This document shows, piece by piece, positions 37,830-47,077 of a stretch of DNA of 64,000 nt; positions within the stretch are counted from its first letter, which is position 1, and each line of letters begins with the position of its first letter. The notes beneath the pieces were generated by a model. The model was given only the letters and a program-made list of their open reading frames with translations, was not told the origin of the DNA and did not search any database. The stretch covers positions 10,147 through 74,146 of IMG/VR virus record IMGVR_UViG_3300011335_000731. One strand, 5' to 3'. Made by a program: the position numbers and the translations under genes. Source of the stretch: a virus (taxonomy: Duplodnaviria; Caudoviricetes).

Positions 37830-39398
37830 ATGGCCGCTGCTAATGAAACGGTGCTGATCAAAGCACCACACCGTCGACAAAAATTCACTGAACAACAACT
37901 GGAAGAGTTCTTGAAATGTGCTGACCCTGACACAGGGCCGCACTACTTCATGGACAACTTCTTCTACATCCAGCATCCCACACAGGGCAAGATGCTGTAT
38001 CATCCGTTTGATTATCAGAAGAAACTGATCGACACATACCACAACTACCGCTACTCGATCTCCATGATGCCGCGCCAGACCGGCAAGTCTACATCAGCAG
38101 CAGGTTACATACTTTGGTTTGCTATGTTTGTGCCAGACTCAACCATCTTGATCGCAGCACACAAATACACCGGTGCCCAAGAGATCATGCAGCGTATCCG
38201 CTTTGCTTACGAACTGTGCCCGGATCACATCCGAGCAGGTGCCACAAACTACAACAAAGGCAGTATAGACTTTGAAAACGGCTCACGCATAGTCAGTGCC
38301 ACAACAACAGAAACAACTGGTCGTGGTATGAGTATTACATTACTCTACGCCGACGAGTTTGCCTATGTGCGGCCTACCATCGCTAAAGAGTTTTGGACTT
38401 CCATATCACCCACACTGGCCACAGGTGGTAAAGCCATCATCACATCAACCCCCAACTCAGACGAAGATCAGTTTGCATTCTTGTGGAAAGGTGCCAACAA
38501 GTGTGAAGATGAATACGGCAACCCTACAGAAGTGGGCATGAACGGATTCAAAGCCTATCGTAGTTATTGGGAAGAACATCCAGACCGTGACGCTGCCTGG
38601 GGAGAATCAATGCGAGCCCAGTTGGGCGATGATCGTTTCCGTCGTGAGATGGGCTGCGAATTTGTTATCAATGATGAAACACTTATTGCTCCTGCTAAAC
38701 TGTTGGATCTTGAAGCCCGAGATCCTATCCACAGAACAGGGCAAGTGCGTTGGTTTGAACCCATCCGCAAAGATCAAGTGTATGTTGTGGCTCTAGATCC
38801 TAGTCTAGGTACAGGTGGCGATCCTGCTGCTATCCAGGTATTCGAAGCCAACACCACACGCCAAGTGGGCGAATGGAGGCACAACAAAACACCTATTCCA
38901 GAACAAGTACGGATCATGGCCGACATCATCAAACACATACATGACACTGTGCAAGATGACAAGAGCATCTACTACAGTGTGGAAAACAATACCATTGGTG
39001 AAGCAGCCTTGATCTCCATCATGGAATACGGTGAAGAAAATATCAAAGGGTATTTCCTCAGTGATACAGCCAGTGTCAGCGCACGCCGTTTCCGCAAGGG
39101 TTACAATACCACAAACAAGACCAAACTTGCTGCTTGCTCCAAGTTTAAAAACCTGATCGAATCCGGGCGTATGCGTATAAACAGCGCCAGCCTGATCAGT
39201 GAACTCAAGAACTTTGTAGCACACGGCACCAGTTATGCTGCCAAACCCGGCGAAACTGACGATTTGATCATGGCTGCATTGTTAGCAGTTCGTATGTTGG
39301 TTACTCTGCAGAACTTCTACATAGAACTGGATACACAGATGAAAGATCACGAATCCGAAGTTATTGAACCCTACCCGTTCATCTCTATAATGATGTAG
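37830..39398 (+). CDS. gp17: Terminase large subunit, T4 gp17-like
   Basis: PRQTGKS Walker A, LLYADEFA Walker B, ITSTPN, ALDPS.G, DDL.MA nuclease motifs. Confidence 0.95.
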   Translation: MAAANETVLIKAPHRRQKFTEQQLEEFLKCADPDTGPHYFMDNFFYIQHPTQGKMLYHPFDYQKKLIDTYHNYRYSISMMPRQTGKSTSAAGYILWFAMFVPDSTILIAAHKYTGAQEIMQRIRFAYELCPDHIRAGATNYNKGSIDFENGSRIVSATTTETTGRGMSITLLYADEFAYVRPTIAKEFWTSISPTLATGGKAIITSTPNSDEDQFAFLWKGANKCEDEYGNPTEVGMNGFKAYRSYWEEHPDRDAAWGESMRAQLGDDRFRREMGCEFVINDETLIAPAKLLDLEARDPIHRTGQVRWFEPIRKDQVYVVALDPSLGTGGDPAAIQVFEANTTRQVGEWRHNKTPIPEQVRIMADIIKHIHDTVQDDKSIYYSVENNTIGEAALISIMEYGEENIKGYFLSDTASVSARRFRKGYNTTNKTKLAACSKFKNLIESGRMRINSASLISELKNFVAHGTSYAAKPGETDDLIMAALLAVRMLVTLQNFYIELDTQMKDHESEVIEPYPFISIMM

Positions 39399-39416
39399 CA
39401 GTTAACTAAATACATC

Positions 39417-41291
39417 ATGGCACAGAATTCAATCGCAAGCGAACTTAACGATCTGCTGATCACCCACGACTTTGATGTGGATGCACTTAGCACCAAGACT
39501 GGCAAACCCTCTGTAAATGAGCGTGGCGTTCCGGATTCCAGCGAAGCAGACATGTTTAGTTTTGACTGGGTGGGTCCCACAGGCAAGAACTACGGCACCA
39601 TGGTAATCTTACTGGATCAGAACGGTGGCATGACTGTGTATTTTGGCGACAATCTAGGTCGCACCATGGAGCCAGAAGATAAAAAAGCCTGGTATGGTGA
39701 CTCAGAAACAGACACCCCAGGCTTCTTAGAACAACTCAAACACTTTGCCATCCGTACCAGCAAGATACGCGGCGGATTTGGCCTAGAAAACTTGAGCAAA
39801 CTCAAGTACGCTATCGCAGGGCAAGCAGCACTCACAGAAAGTTTTTACGGCACACGGAAAGTCAGTTATAGTGGCCAACCCACAGAAGCCAGACTCATGA
39901 TCCGGCACACACGCCCTATCACCGAAGGTGACAAGCGTTATCGCTATGTGGAGAGTTTGTTTATTGAAACAGCAGAAGGTGAGCGTTTTCGTTTGCCATT
40001 CCGCAAGTTAGCCGGTGGTCGTGCCATGCTAGAACATGTGCGCCACGGCGGCAATCCCTACGATCTGCGTGGGCAACATATCGCAGAAACAGTGAATCAA
40101 CTGAATGTGTTGAGTCAGTTCCGCAGAGCACACCAAGGTCGTGTGTTTGAAGGTGCAGCAGGTGATCTAGTTACAGAGACTGATCAGTATTACCAACGAC
40201 TCAATCACAACTTGAAACACATGGCATCAAGCCGTGGATACGATCGTTATTTTGAATCATGGAAGCCAGCAGATATCTCCGAAGGTGATATCATGGTAGA
40301 AGACTTGCGTGGCATGTTTGTGGAAACACGCATTGACCCACGGATAGAATCCGCTTTGCCCATGTTGGCAAAGATACAACAGGAAGCAAAAGCTATGAAA
40401 GAAGCAGATATATTTGAATCATGGGCTGCCAGATTGGTAGAAGGAACTTGGGCTCTGCCCGACACTCCGGAAAAGATGACCGAGCTCAAGACCTGGTTTA
40501 GCCAGCCACAACCACTGGGCCCTGACGCCGAGAATGTCACAGATGTGTTATATCCCTTGCTGGGTGATGATGCATTGTTTGATCAACTTGCAGCAATGTC
40601 TGAAGAAGATCCAGATGCAGATGCTATTCCTATCGTTCAAGCCTGGGTCATTCGCAACAAGGATCAGAGTCCAGAACTATCTGAACTGGCGGTAAGTTTT
40701 GAAACTGCGGCTCCAGCAGCACCCGCTGCACCTGCTGCACCTGCTGCACCTGCTGCACCTGCTGCACCAGCAGCGCCCGCTGCTCCTGCACAACCACCCG
40801 TAGCCGAAGGCGACAATCTTGAGACCTTTGAAGACATCGTCCGCTTATCCGGTGCACCACTCAAAGAAAATGTGCTGAATGATACCGGAAGTACATTAGA
40901 TTACATCATAAAAACATACCAACGCGACATCAAAGACTTTGTGCAAAACGGTGATATGAGTGAGCATCTGTATGATGCATTGTATGATTACTATCAGGAT
41001 GACATGCCCTACGGTATTAAAAAAGCCCGCTCAGGTGATCCTTACGAATGGGTCGGCGATCGATTCTATAATGATTTACAAGGCTCGCACATGGTTGATG
41101 AAACAGTGCCCACTATTGCCGCCACCGCCACCGCCACTCCAGAATTCAACAATGATCCTGCCTCAGTAAACGAATGCAACTACACCATGGAGAATGAATA
41201 CTGCCCGGTGCATGGTCTTAAGGAATGTGGATCTATGGGCATGTTTGAATCTGAACTGGCAAGAATAAAATCACTGAGTTCGCTCAAATGA
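39417..41291 (+). CDS. Hypothetical late protein, putative internal/core protein with a Pro-Ala linker
   Basis: TAAATA-N4-ATG; several [VLM]-X-E motifs; (PAA)n tract. Confidence 0.6.
   Translation: MAQNSIASELNDLLITHDFDVDALSTKTGKPSVNERGVPDSSEADMFSFDWVGPTGKNYGTMVILLDQNGGMTVYFGDNLGRTMEPEDKKAWYGDSETDTPGFLEQLKHFAIRTSKIRGGFGLENLSKLKYAIAGQAALTESFYGTRKVSYSGQPTEARLMIRHTRPITEGDKRYRYVESLFIETAEGERFRLPFRKLAGGRAMLEHVRHGGNPYDLRGQHIAETVNQLNVLSQFRRAHQGRVFEGAAGDLVTETDQYYQRLNHNLKHMASSRGYDRYFESWKPADISEGDIMVEDLRGMFVETRIDPRIESALPMLAKIQQEAKAMKEADIFESWAARLVEGTWALPDTPEKMTELKTWFSQPQPLGPDAENVTDVLYPLLGDDALFDQLAAMSEEDPDADAIPIVQAWVIRNKDQSPELSELAVSFETAAPAAPAAPAAPAAPAAPAAPAAPAAPAQPPVAEGDNLETFEDIVRLSGAPLKENVLNDTGSTLDYIIKTYQRDIKDFVQNGDMSEHLYDALYDYYQDDMPYGIKKARSGDPYEWVGDRFYNDLQGSHMVDETVPTIAATATATPEFNNDPASVNECNYTMENEYCPVHGLKECGSMGMFESELARIKSLSSLK
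40707..40790 (+). repeat. In-frame 9-bp tandem repeat encoding (PAA)n
   Basis: Four perfect CCTGCTGCA copies at 40731-40766 within about nine degenerate units. Confidence 0.85.
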
Positions 41292-41302
41292 CATAAATAA
41301 CA

Positions 41303-41331
41303 TTGACACAGAGACAGAAAGCGCATATACT
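41303..41331 (+). promoter_or_regulatory. sigma70-type early promoter for gp32
   Basis: TTGACA-N17-TATACT; a TAAATA also lies at 41294-41299. Confidence 0.85.
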
Positions 41332-41352
41332 ACTACTGTGTTTGCGCTTTTT
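41318..41352 (+). terminator. Terminator-like hairpin overlapping the gp32 promoter
   Basis: AAAGCGCA...TGCGCTTT followed by TT; long loop. Confidence 0.45.
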
Positions 41353-41428
41353 CATTTGTGGCACAGGCAACACAATCTAAATCATTAGATAGGCATTTTA
41401 CATAGGCAACTTTATAGGAGAAACAACT

Positions 41429-42409
41429 ATGGCAACTTTATCAGAAATCAGAGCACGACTACAGGCAGCAGAGACAAAAGGCAAATCCGGAGGCAGTGGC
41501 GGCGAAAATCCAATTTACCCACACTGGAACATGGAAGAAGGCCAATCCGCAACAGTCCGATTCTTACCGGACGCAAACTCCAAAAACACATTCTTCTGGG
41601 TAGAACGGGCCATGATCCGACTGCCATTCAACGGCGTCAAAGGAGAGATGGATTCCAAACAGGTAATGGTGCAGGTCCCATGTATGCACATGTGGAACGA
41701 AACTTGCCCAATCCTTTCCGAGGTCAGCCCTTGGTTCAAGGATCCTAGTCTGGAAGACATGGGTCGTAAGTACTGGAAGAAACGCAGTTATGTGTTCCAG
41801 GGCTTTGTGCGTGAAAACCCACTGTCTGACGACAAGACACCACCTAACCCAATCCGTCGTTTCATCATCGGACCTCAGATCTTCACATTGATCAAGAGCG
41901 CATTGATGGATCCAGAATTGGAAAACTTGCCAACTGACATCATGAGTGGTCTGGACTTCCGTATCACCAAGACACAGAAGGGCGGCTATGCTGACTACAA
42001 CACTTCAAAGTGGGCCCGCAAAGAAAGCGCTCTCACTGAAGAAGAACAAGCAGCTATCGAAACACACGGCTTGTTTGACTTGAGCACATTCTTGCCCAAG
42101 AAGCCCACTGATGTGGAACTCAAGGTAATGAAAGAAATGTTTGAAGCAAGTGTGGATGGCAAAGCATTCGACATGGAGCGTTGGGGACAATACTTCCGTC
42201 CTGCTGGTATGCAAGCACCTGCTGGTACTGCACCAGATGCAGATGAAGATACTCCGGCACCTAAAGCAGCACCTGCTGTGAAGGCACCCGTGGATGCGTT
42301 TGAAGACGAGGATACTCCTGTGGCAACAGCACCAGTGGCCAAGCCAGCAGAAGGCAACAAGAAGGCCGAGGATATCTTGGCCATGATCCGTAGTCGTCAA
42401 AACAAGTAA
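41429..42409 (+). CDS. gp32: Single-stranded DNA-binding protein, T4 gp32-like
   Basis: VRFLP, CPI, YWKKR, IGPQIF..I, DF.I.K..KGGYADY..SKW; acidic tail. Confidence 0.9.
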   Translation: MATLSEIRARLQAAETKGKSGGSGGENPIYPHWNMEEGQSATVRFLPDANSKNTFFWVERAMIRLPFNGVKGEMDSKQVMVQVPCMHMWNETCPILSEVSPWFKDPSLEDMGRKYWKKRSYVFQGFVRENPLSDDKTPPNPIRRFIIGPQIFTLIKSALMDPELENLPTDIMSGLDFRITKTQKGGYADYNTSKWARKESALTEEEQAAIETHGLFDLSTFLPKKPTDVELKVMKEMFEASVDGKAFDMERWGQYFRPAGMQAPAGTAPDADEDTPAPKAAPAVKAPVDAFEDEDTPVATAPVAKPAEGNKKAEDILAMIRSRQNK

Positions 42410-43062
42410 TGCTGACTGAGATAGATTCTATCTTATTCTCTGACAATTGTGAAGTGGTAGAGATACCACTTCACAATCAATGGGTCTATCTCATACAGAA
42501 AAACGGAACTAGCAGTCTACAAAACCTTCAGGAAAAATACAATCTAAGCTCAAGGTCAAACGAACAGATCCGGCAACTTGATTTTGTGGATGTGTACATT
42601 CGAGACGCTCGAGACCGCTATACCAGCGGTGTTAACACATACTTACAACATTTAAAACGCGACCACCCTGAGCTAGATCAATCTACAGCATTTTGGTTTG
42701 CCAAACAATACAAGTTTCTAAATAGACATTACCTCCCACAATTTCATTGGTTATTGAATCTCAGTCGATATCTGTCACCTCACACTAAAATTAGAATAAG
42801 AGATTTTAAAGATTTCGGCTTCATTGTTGAAGATCACGATCGTGCAAATATCATACCAAGCGATGATGAATTCAGACAAAAATTGTTATCCAACGATACA
42901 AGATTAGAACTCTGGTTATTCTTAGACCAGATACTGTTGGACCTAGCAGGCGCAGAGCTAACCTGGACGGAAATACTCAATCACTACCAAACATCACACA
43001 CACAAACTTTTAATTTGGTACTCCAACGATTTAACTTGATTTCTAAAAGTGTATTGCCCTAG
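42409..43062 (+). CDS. Sulfotransferase-family-like protein
   Basis: IQKNGTSSL (5'-PSB-like), IRDARDRYTSG (3'-PB-like), HYLPQ. Confidence 0.5.
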   Translation: MLTEIDSILFSDNCEVVEIPLHNQWVYLIQKNGTSSLQNLQEKYNLSSRSNEQIRQLDFVDVYIRDARDRYTSGVNTYLQHLKRDHPELDQSTAFWFAKQYKFLNRHYLPQFHWLLNLSRYLSPHTKIRIRDFKDFGFIVEDHDRANIIPSDDEFRQKLLSNDTRLELWLFLDQILLDLAGAELTWTEILNHYQTSHTQTFNLVLQRFNLISKSVLP

Positions 43063-44026
43063 AACTGATCATTTTGCAAGATTCAATCCCAACGGCACAC
43101 TTAGCCGCTGCGGACATATGGTCGAACCGGCTGAATTCAATACCTTGGCAGAATTAGAATCCAGTACATGGCTGGCAGACATCAAACATAAAATGAAAAA
43201 TGATTCGTGGCCCAAGGAATGTGTTAGATGCCAAACCGCTGAATCTATTGGCAATAAAAGTATAAGACAACACGCCGTGGATGATCACCCGAGAAACAGT
43301 TCAATCAGATCTGATTACATCCTATTAAGCGGAGTATTGGATAACATCTGCAATAGTGCTTGCCAGACCTGCAATGAAAATCTATCTACCAAGATAGGCA
43401 GTTTGAAATCTAAAAATTATATCAAAATCAACAACAGCAACCGCATCAACCAACTGCCATTGGACAGAATAACAAGGATAGACATCAATGGTGGTGAACC
43501 CAGCGCCAGCCCAAACTATTTGAAACTATTGGGTCAGCTACCTCCTAATGTGAAGTATCTAAGGCTCAATACCAATGGCAGTCGAGTGATGACTGCATTG
43601 CCTAAGTTGATCGATCGCGGAGTCAAGATCACTGTGACTGTGAGTTTGGATGGAATAGATCGTATACATGACTATGTGAGATGGCCTATAAAGTGGAAAG
43701 ATGTTGAACAAACTATCAACACATACCAAACCATGGGTGTGCATGAGTTGAATACATGGACCACAGTGTCGGCATTAAATATCGGTGACTTGAAGAACAT
43801 ACAAGCATACGCCAATAACAACAACATAAAACATTCGTGGGCATTGTTAGAACAACCGGAAGTTTTAAGTATTCGGCACAAGAATCATTTCACCACTACA
43901 GCCGATGTTCCTACTGAACTAATTGGTGTGATAGCATCAGGTGCGGACAATTCTCTAGAGTTAGAAAATTTTATCAATCAGCAAGATAGTCTGAGAAGCA
44001 TACATTACAAGGATTATTATCAATGA
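43049..44026 (+). CDS. Radical SAM protein with an N-terminal twitch-like Cys domain
   Basis: CNSACQTC, INGGEP, LNTNG, SLDG. Confidence 0.85.
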   Translation: MYCPRTDHFARFNPNGTLSRCGHMVEPAEFNTLAELESSTWLADIKHKMKNDSWPKECVRCQTAESIGNKSIRQHAVDDHPRNSSIRSDYILLSGVLDNICNSACQTCNENLSTKIGSLKSKNYIKINNSNRINQLPLDRITRIDINGGEPSASPNYLKLLGQLPPNVKYLRLNTNGSRVMTALPKLIDRGVKITVTVSLDGIDRIHDYVRWPIKWKDVEQTINTYQTMGVHELNTWTTVSALNIGDLKNIQAYANNNNIKHSWALLEQPEVLSIRHKNHFTTTADVPTELIGVIASGADNSLELENFINQQDSLRSIHYKDYYQ

Positions 44027-44598
44027 AGATCGCGATCACAGGACATACCGCAGGCATAGGGCAAGCCTTATCTCGTGTATTGATCCAACGAGGTCATGAA
44101 ATACTAGGTCTTAGTAAGCGTGACGGCCACAACATCAGAGTGATTCCTAAGATCGCTGCCAAGATCGAACCCTGTGATATGTTTATCAACAATGCCCAAG
44201 CAGGGTATGCTCAAACTGAATTGTTGTATGCTGTGTGGGAATCGTGGCAAGGCCAACCCAACAAACACATATGGTGTATTGGCACCATGATGTCACAATG
44301 CCCAGTGGATCCTCCTGTGCCCGGTCAATCTGAACTCAGCATGAGTGCTTATCGTACTCAGAAACTGGCTCTCGAACAAGCCGTAAATCAATTGCAATGG
44401 AAAAACAATTGGCCCTGCATCACCTTGATAAGGCCGGGTGCTGTGGCCACACAACCAGGACAAGCACCGGGACATCCCTATTGTGATGTTGATGCTTGGG
44501 CCAATACTGTGGTTGCTACCATGGTTGCTGCTGATCAACAGAACATGATATTCCAAGAATTATCCTTGGGTTATGCCAACGGACCATTGGGATTATGA
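44023..44598 (+). CDS. Short-chain dehydrogenase/reductase (small)
   Basis: ITGHTAGIG, INNA, YRTQK (YxxxK), RPGAVAT. Confidence 0.8.
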   Translation: MKIAITGHTAGIGQALSRVLIQRGHEILGLSKRDGHNIRVIPKIAAKIEPCDMFINNAQAGYAQTELLYAVWESWQGQPNKHIWCIGTMMSQCPVDPPVPGQSELSMSAYRTQKLALEQAVNQLQWKNNWPCITLIRPGAVATQPGQAPGHPYCDVDAWANTVVATMVAADQQNMIFQELSLGYANGPLGL

Positions 44599-45740
44599 CA
44601 CCAAAGGATATGTTGACCAACAGGACTTTTTGTCCCATGCCTTGGACTGGGTTGATGTATAACTTTGATGGCAAGGTAAAGAATTGTATACGCAGTGCTG
44701 GAATCATTGGAGACCTCAAGGATGCTGCCATACAAGACATTGTATTGGGATCTACCAATGTATCGGCACAGCAAAATATCGCCAACAATCACCCAGTGGC
44801 AACTTGTCATACCTGTTATGATCTAGAAGGTGATAAGTCGGGATTCGACATTATCAGCGATCGTATTTTTTATATCAGAGAACTTAAAAAAGTTTCAACC
44901 GATACTTATCAAGCCGGAAACTTTGATCTACAAACAGTTGATGTGAGATGGAGCAATCTCTGTAATTTTGCGTGTGTGTATTGCGATTCTGAATTTAGCA
45001 GCAAGTGGGCAGCCGAACGCAATGAATATATCGAAACCCCCTCGGATATACAAAAACAAAAATTTAAAAATTACATCTTTGAAAACGCACATAAATTAAA
45101 ACATGTCTATCTTGCTGGTGGTGAACCGTTGTTGATGAAAGAAAATCAAGAATTTCTAGAGCTGTTAAAATCCATAAACCCTGATGTGAATCTGCGTATC
45201 AATACCAATCTCAGCAAAGTGGATACTCGAGTTTTTGATAAAATATGCGAATTTAAAAATGTTCATTGGATCGTGAGTGTGGAAACCATCGAAGAAGAAT
45301 TTGAATACATCAGACATGGTGGTCGATGGGCAGACTTTTTGGACAACCTCGACACCATTAGAAAACTGGATCATCGTATCAGTTTTAACATGTTGCATCT
45401 CTTGTTGAACTATCAAAGTGTGTTTGGTTGTGTTGACTTTTTGAAGAATCTGGGCTTTCACAATAACAGTTACATAATCGGTGCATTGTTGACTCCACTC
45501 TACCTAAATATTAGACATCTCCCAGATACTGTGTTAAACTCATTGAAAGATACATTAAAGGACAAGATCAATCAGCATCCAGGTTACTTGTTGGAAGACA
45601 GTTATCGAAACATGTTAGCATATCTAAACACCCCATTTGAAAAAAATCTCAAACAGTCATTCGCAGACTTATCTGTACTGGACCAACGACGCGGATTGAA
45701 CAGTCGAGACATATTCAAAGAACTTTATAAATTAGCATAA
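44595..45740 (+). CDS. Twitch-domain radical SAM protein
   Basis: FCPMPW..., CHTC, CNFACVYC, LAGGEP, INTN. Confidence 0.85.
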   Translation: MTPKDMLTNRTFCPMPWTGLMYNFDGKVKNCIRSAGIIGDLKDAAIQDIVLGSTNVSAQQNIANNHPVATCHTCYDLEGDKSGFDIISDRIFYIRELKKVSTDTYQAGNFDLQTVDVRWSNLCNFACVYCDSEFSSKWAAERNEYIETPSDIQKQKFKNYIFENAHKLKHVYLAGGEPLLMKENQEFLELLKSINPDVNLRINTNLSKVDTRVFDKICEFKNVHWIVSVETIEEEFEYIRHGGRWADFLDNLDTIRKLDHRISFNMLHLLLNYQSVFGCVDFLKNLGFHNNSYIIGALLTPLYLNIRHLPDTVLNSLKDTLKDKINQHPGYLLEDSYRNMLAYLNTPFEKNLKQSFADLSVLDQRRGLNSRDIFKELYKLA

Positions 45741-45752
45741 AAGGAAAATACC

Positions 45753-46808
45753 ATGGCAAAACCATTTGATGTAAGCAAATTCCGCAAGGAAATCACCAAG
45801 AGCATTGAAGGCCTTTCAATCGGCTTCAACGATCCAACAGATTGGATCTCCACAGGCAACTATGCCTTGAACTATCTAATCTCTGGAGACTTTAACAAAG
45901 GTATTCCACTGGGCAAGGTCACTGTGTTTGCAGGTGAATCGGGTGCAGGTAAAAGTTACATCTGCTCCGGCAACATCATCAAGAACGCCCAAGCACAGGG
46001 TATCTATGTTGTGTTGATTGACAGCGAAAACGCACTAGACGAAGACTGGCTCAAAGCCTTGGGTGTGGATACCAGCGATAGTAAACTACTCAAACTCAGC
46101 ATGGCTATGATCGATGATGTGGCCAAAACAATCAGTACATTCATGAGCGACTACAAGGCCTTGCCTGACGGAGAGCGTCCTAAAGTAATGTTTGTGATCG
46201 ATAGCTTGGGTATGTTGCTTACCCCTACTGATGTGAATCAGTTTGATGCAGGCGAGATGAAAGGTGACCTTGGCCGTAAGCCCAAAGCACTTACCAGCCT
46301 TGTGCGTAACTGTGTGAACATGTTTGGTTCATACAATGTGGGCTTGGTTTGTACCAATCACACATACGCCAGCCAGGATATGTTTGACCCTGATGACAAG
46401 ATCTCCGGCGGTCAAGGTTTCATCTATGCAAGTTCAATCGTGGTTGCTATGAAGAAACTCAAACTCAAAGAGGACGAGGATGGCAACAAGATCTCGGATG
46501 TCATGGGTATCCGTGCTGCTTGTAAGGTAATGAAAACACGCTATGCAAAGCCGTTTGAAGGTGTGCAGGTCAAGATTCCTTATGAGACAGGTATGAGCCC
46601 GTACTCGGGCATGGTGGATCTCATGGAGAAACGCAATCTCTTGAAAAAAGAAGGCAACAGTCTAGTGTTTGTGACCAGCGACGGCGAGATCATCAAGAAG
46701 TTCCGTAAGAAGTGGGAAGCCAATGAAGAAGAATGTTTAGATCGTGCTATGTCAGACTTTGCAAATCATAAGGAAGAGGTAAGTACCGTTGAGGAGACAG
46801 CAGAATGA
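45753..46808 (+). CDS. uvsX: RecA-like recombinase
   Basis: STGNYALN, AGESGAGKS, IDSE.ALD, VIDSLG, NHTY, SGG. Confidence 0.95.
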   Translation: MAKPFDVSKFRKEITKSIEGLSIGFNDPTDWISTGNYALNYLISGDFNKGIPLGKVTVFAGESGAGKSYICSGNIIKNAQAQGIYVVLIDSENALDEDWLKALGVDTSDSKLLKLSMAMIDDVAKTISTFMSDYKALPDGERPKVMFVIDSLGMLLTPTDVNQFDAGEMKGDLGRKPKALTSLVRNCVNMFGSYNVGLVCTNHTYASQDMFDPDDKISGGQGFIYASSIVVAMKKLKLKEDEDGNKISDVMGIRAACKVMKTRYAKPFEGVQVKIPYETGMSPYSGMVDLMEKRNLLKKEGNSLVFVTSDGEIIKKFRKKWEANEEECLDRAMSDFANHKEEVSTVEETAE

Positions 46809-47077
46809 ATGAAGCAGTAGCAGTGGCCAGCGAGATGTGGTCGGAACTCAAGCGGTATGTGAATACCGTGGATCGAGATGAAGCAGCCGAAACAGTTGTG
46901 GCTATCTTGATCGACAACGACTGTGATGTGGATGATATCAAGGACACATTCAAGGGCGACGCTGATATCAAACGAGCTCTTACAGCATACCTTGACAATG
47001 ATAAATCCTACGAAGACGAGGATGATGAAGATGTTGAGGAAGAAGAAGACTTTCGCGCCGACGATTGGGAAAATTGA
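46805..47077 (+). CDS. Small highly acidic hypothetical protein
   Basis: GTGAATGA overlap with uvsX; D/E-rich tail. Confidence 0.7.
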   Translation: MNEAVAVASEMWSELKRYVNTVDRDEAAETVVAILIDNDCDVDDIKDTFKGDADIKRALTAYLDNDKSYEDEDDEDVEEEEDFRADDWEN

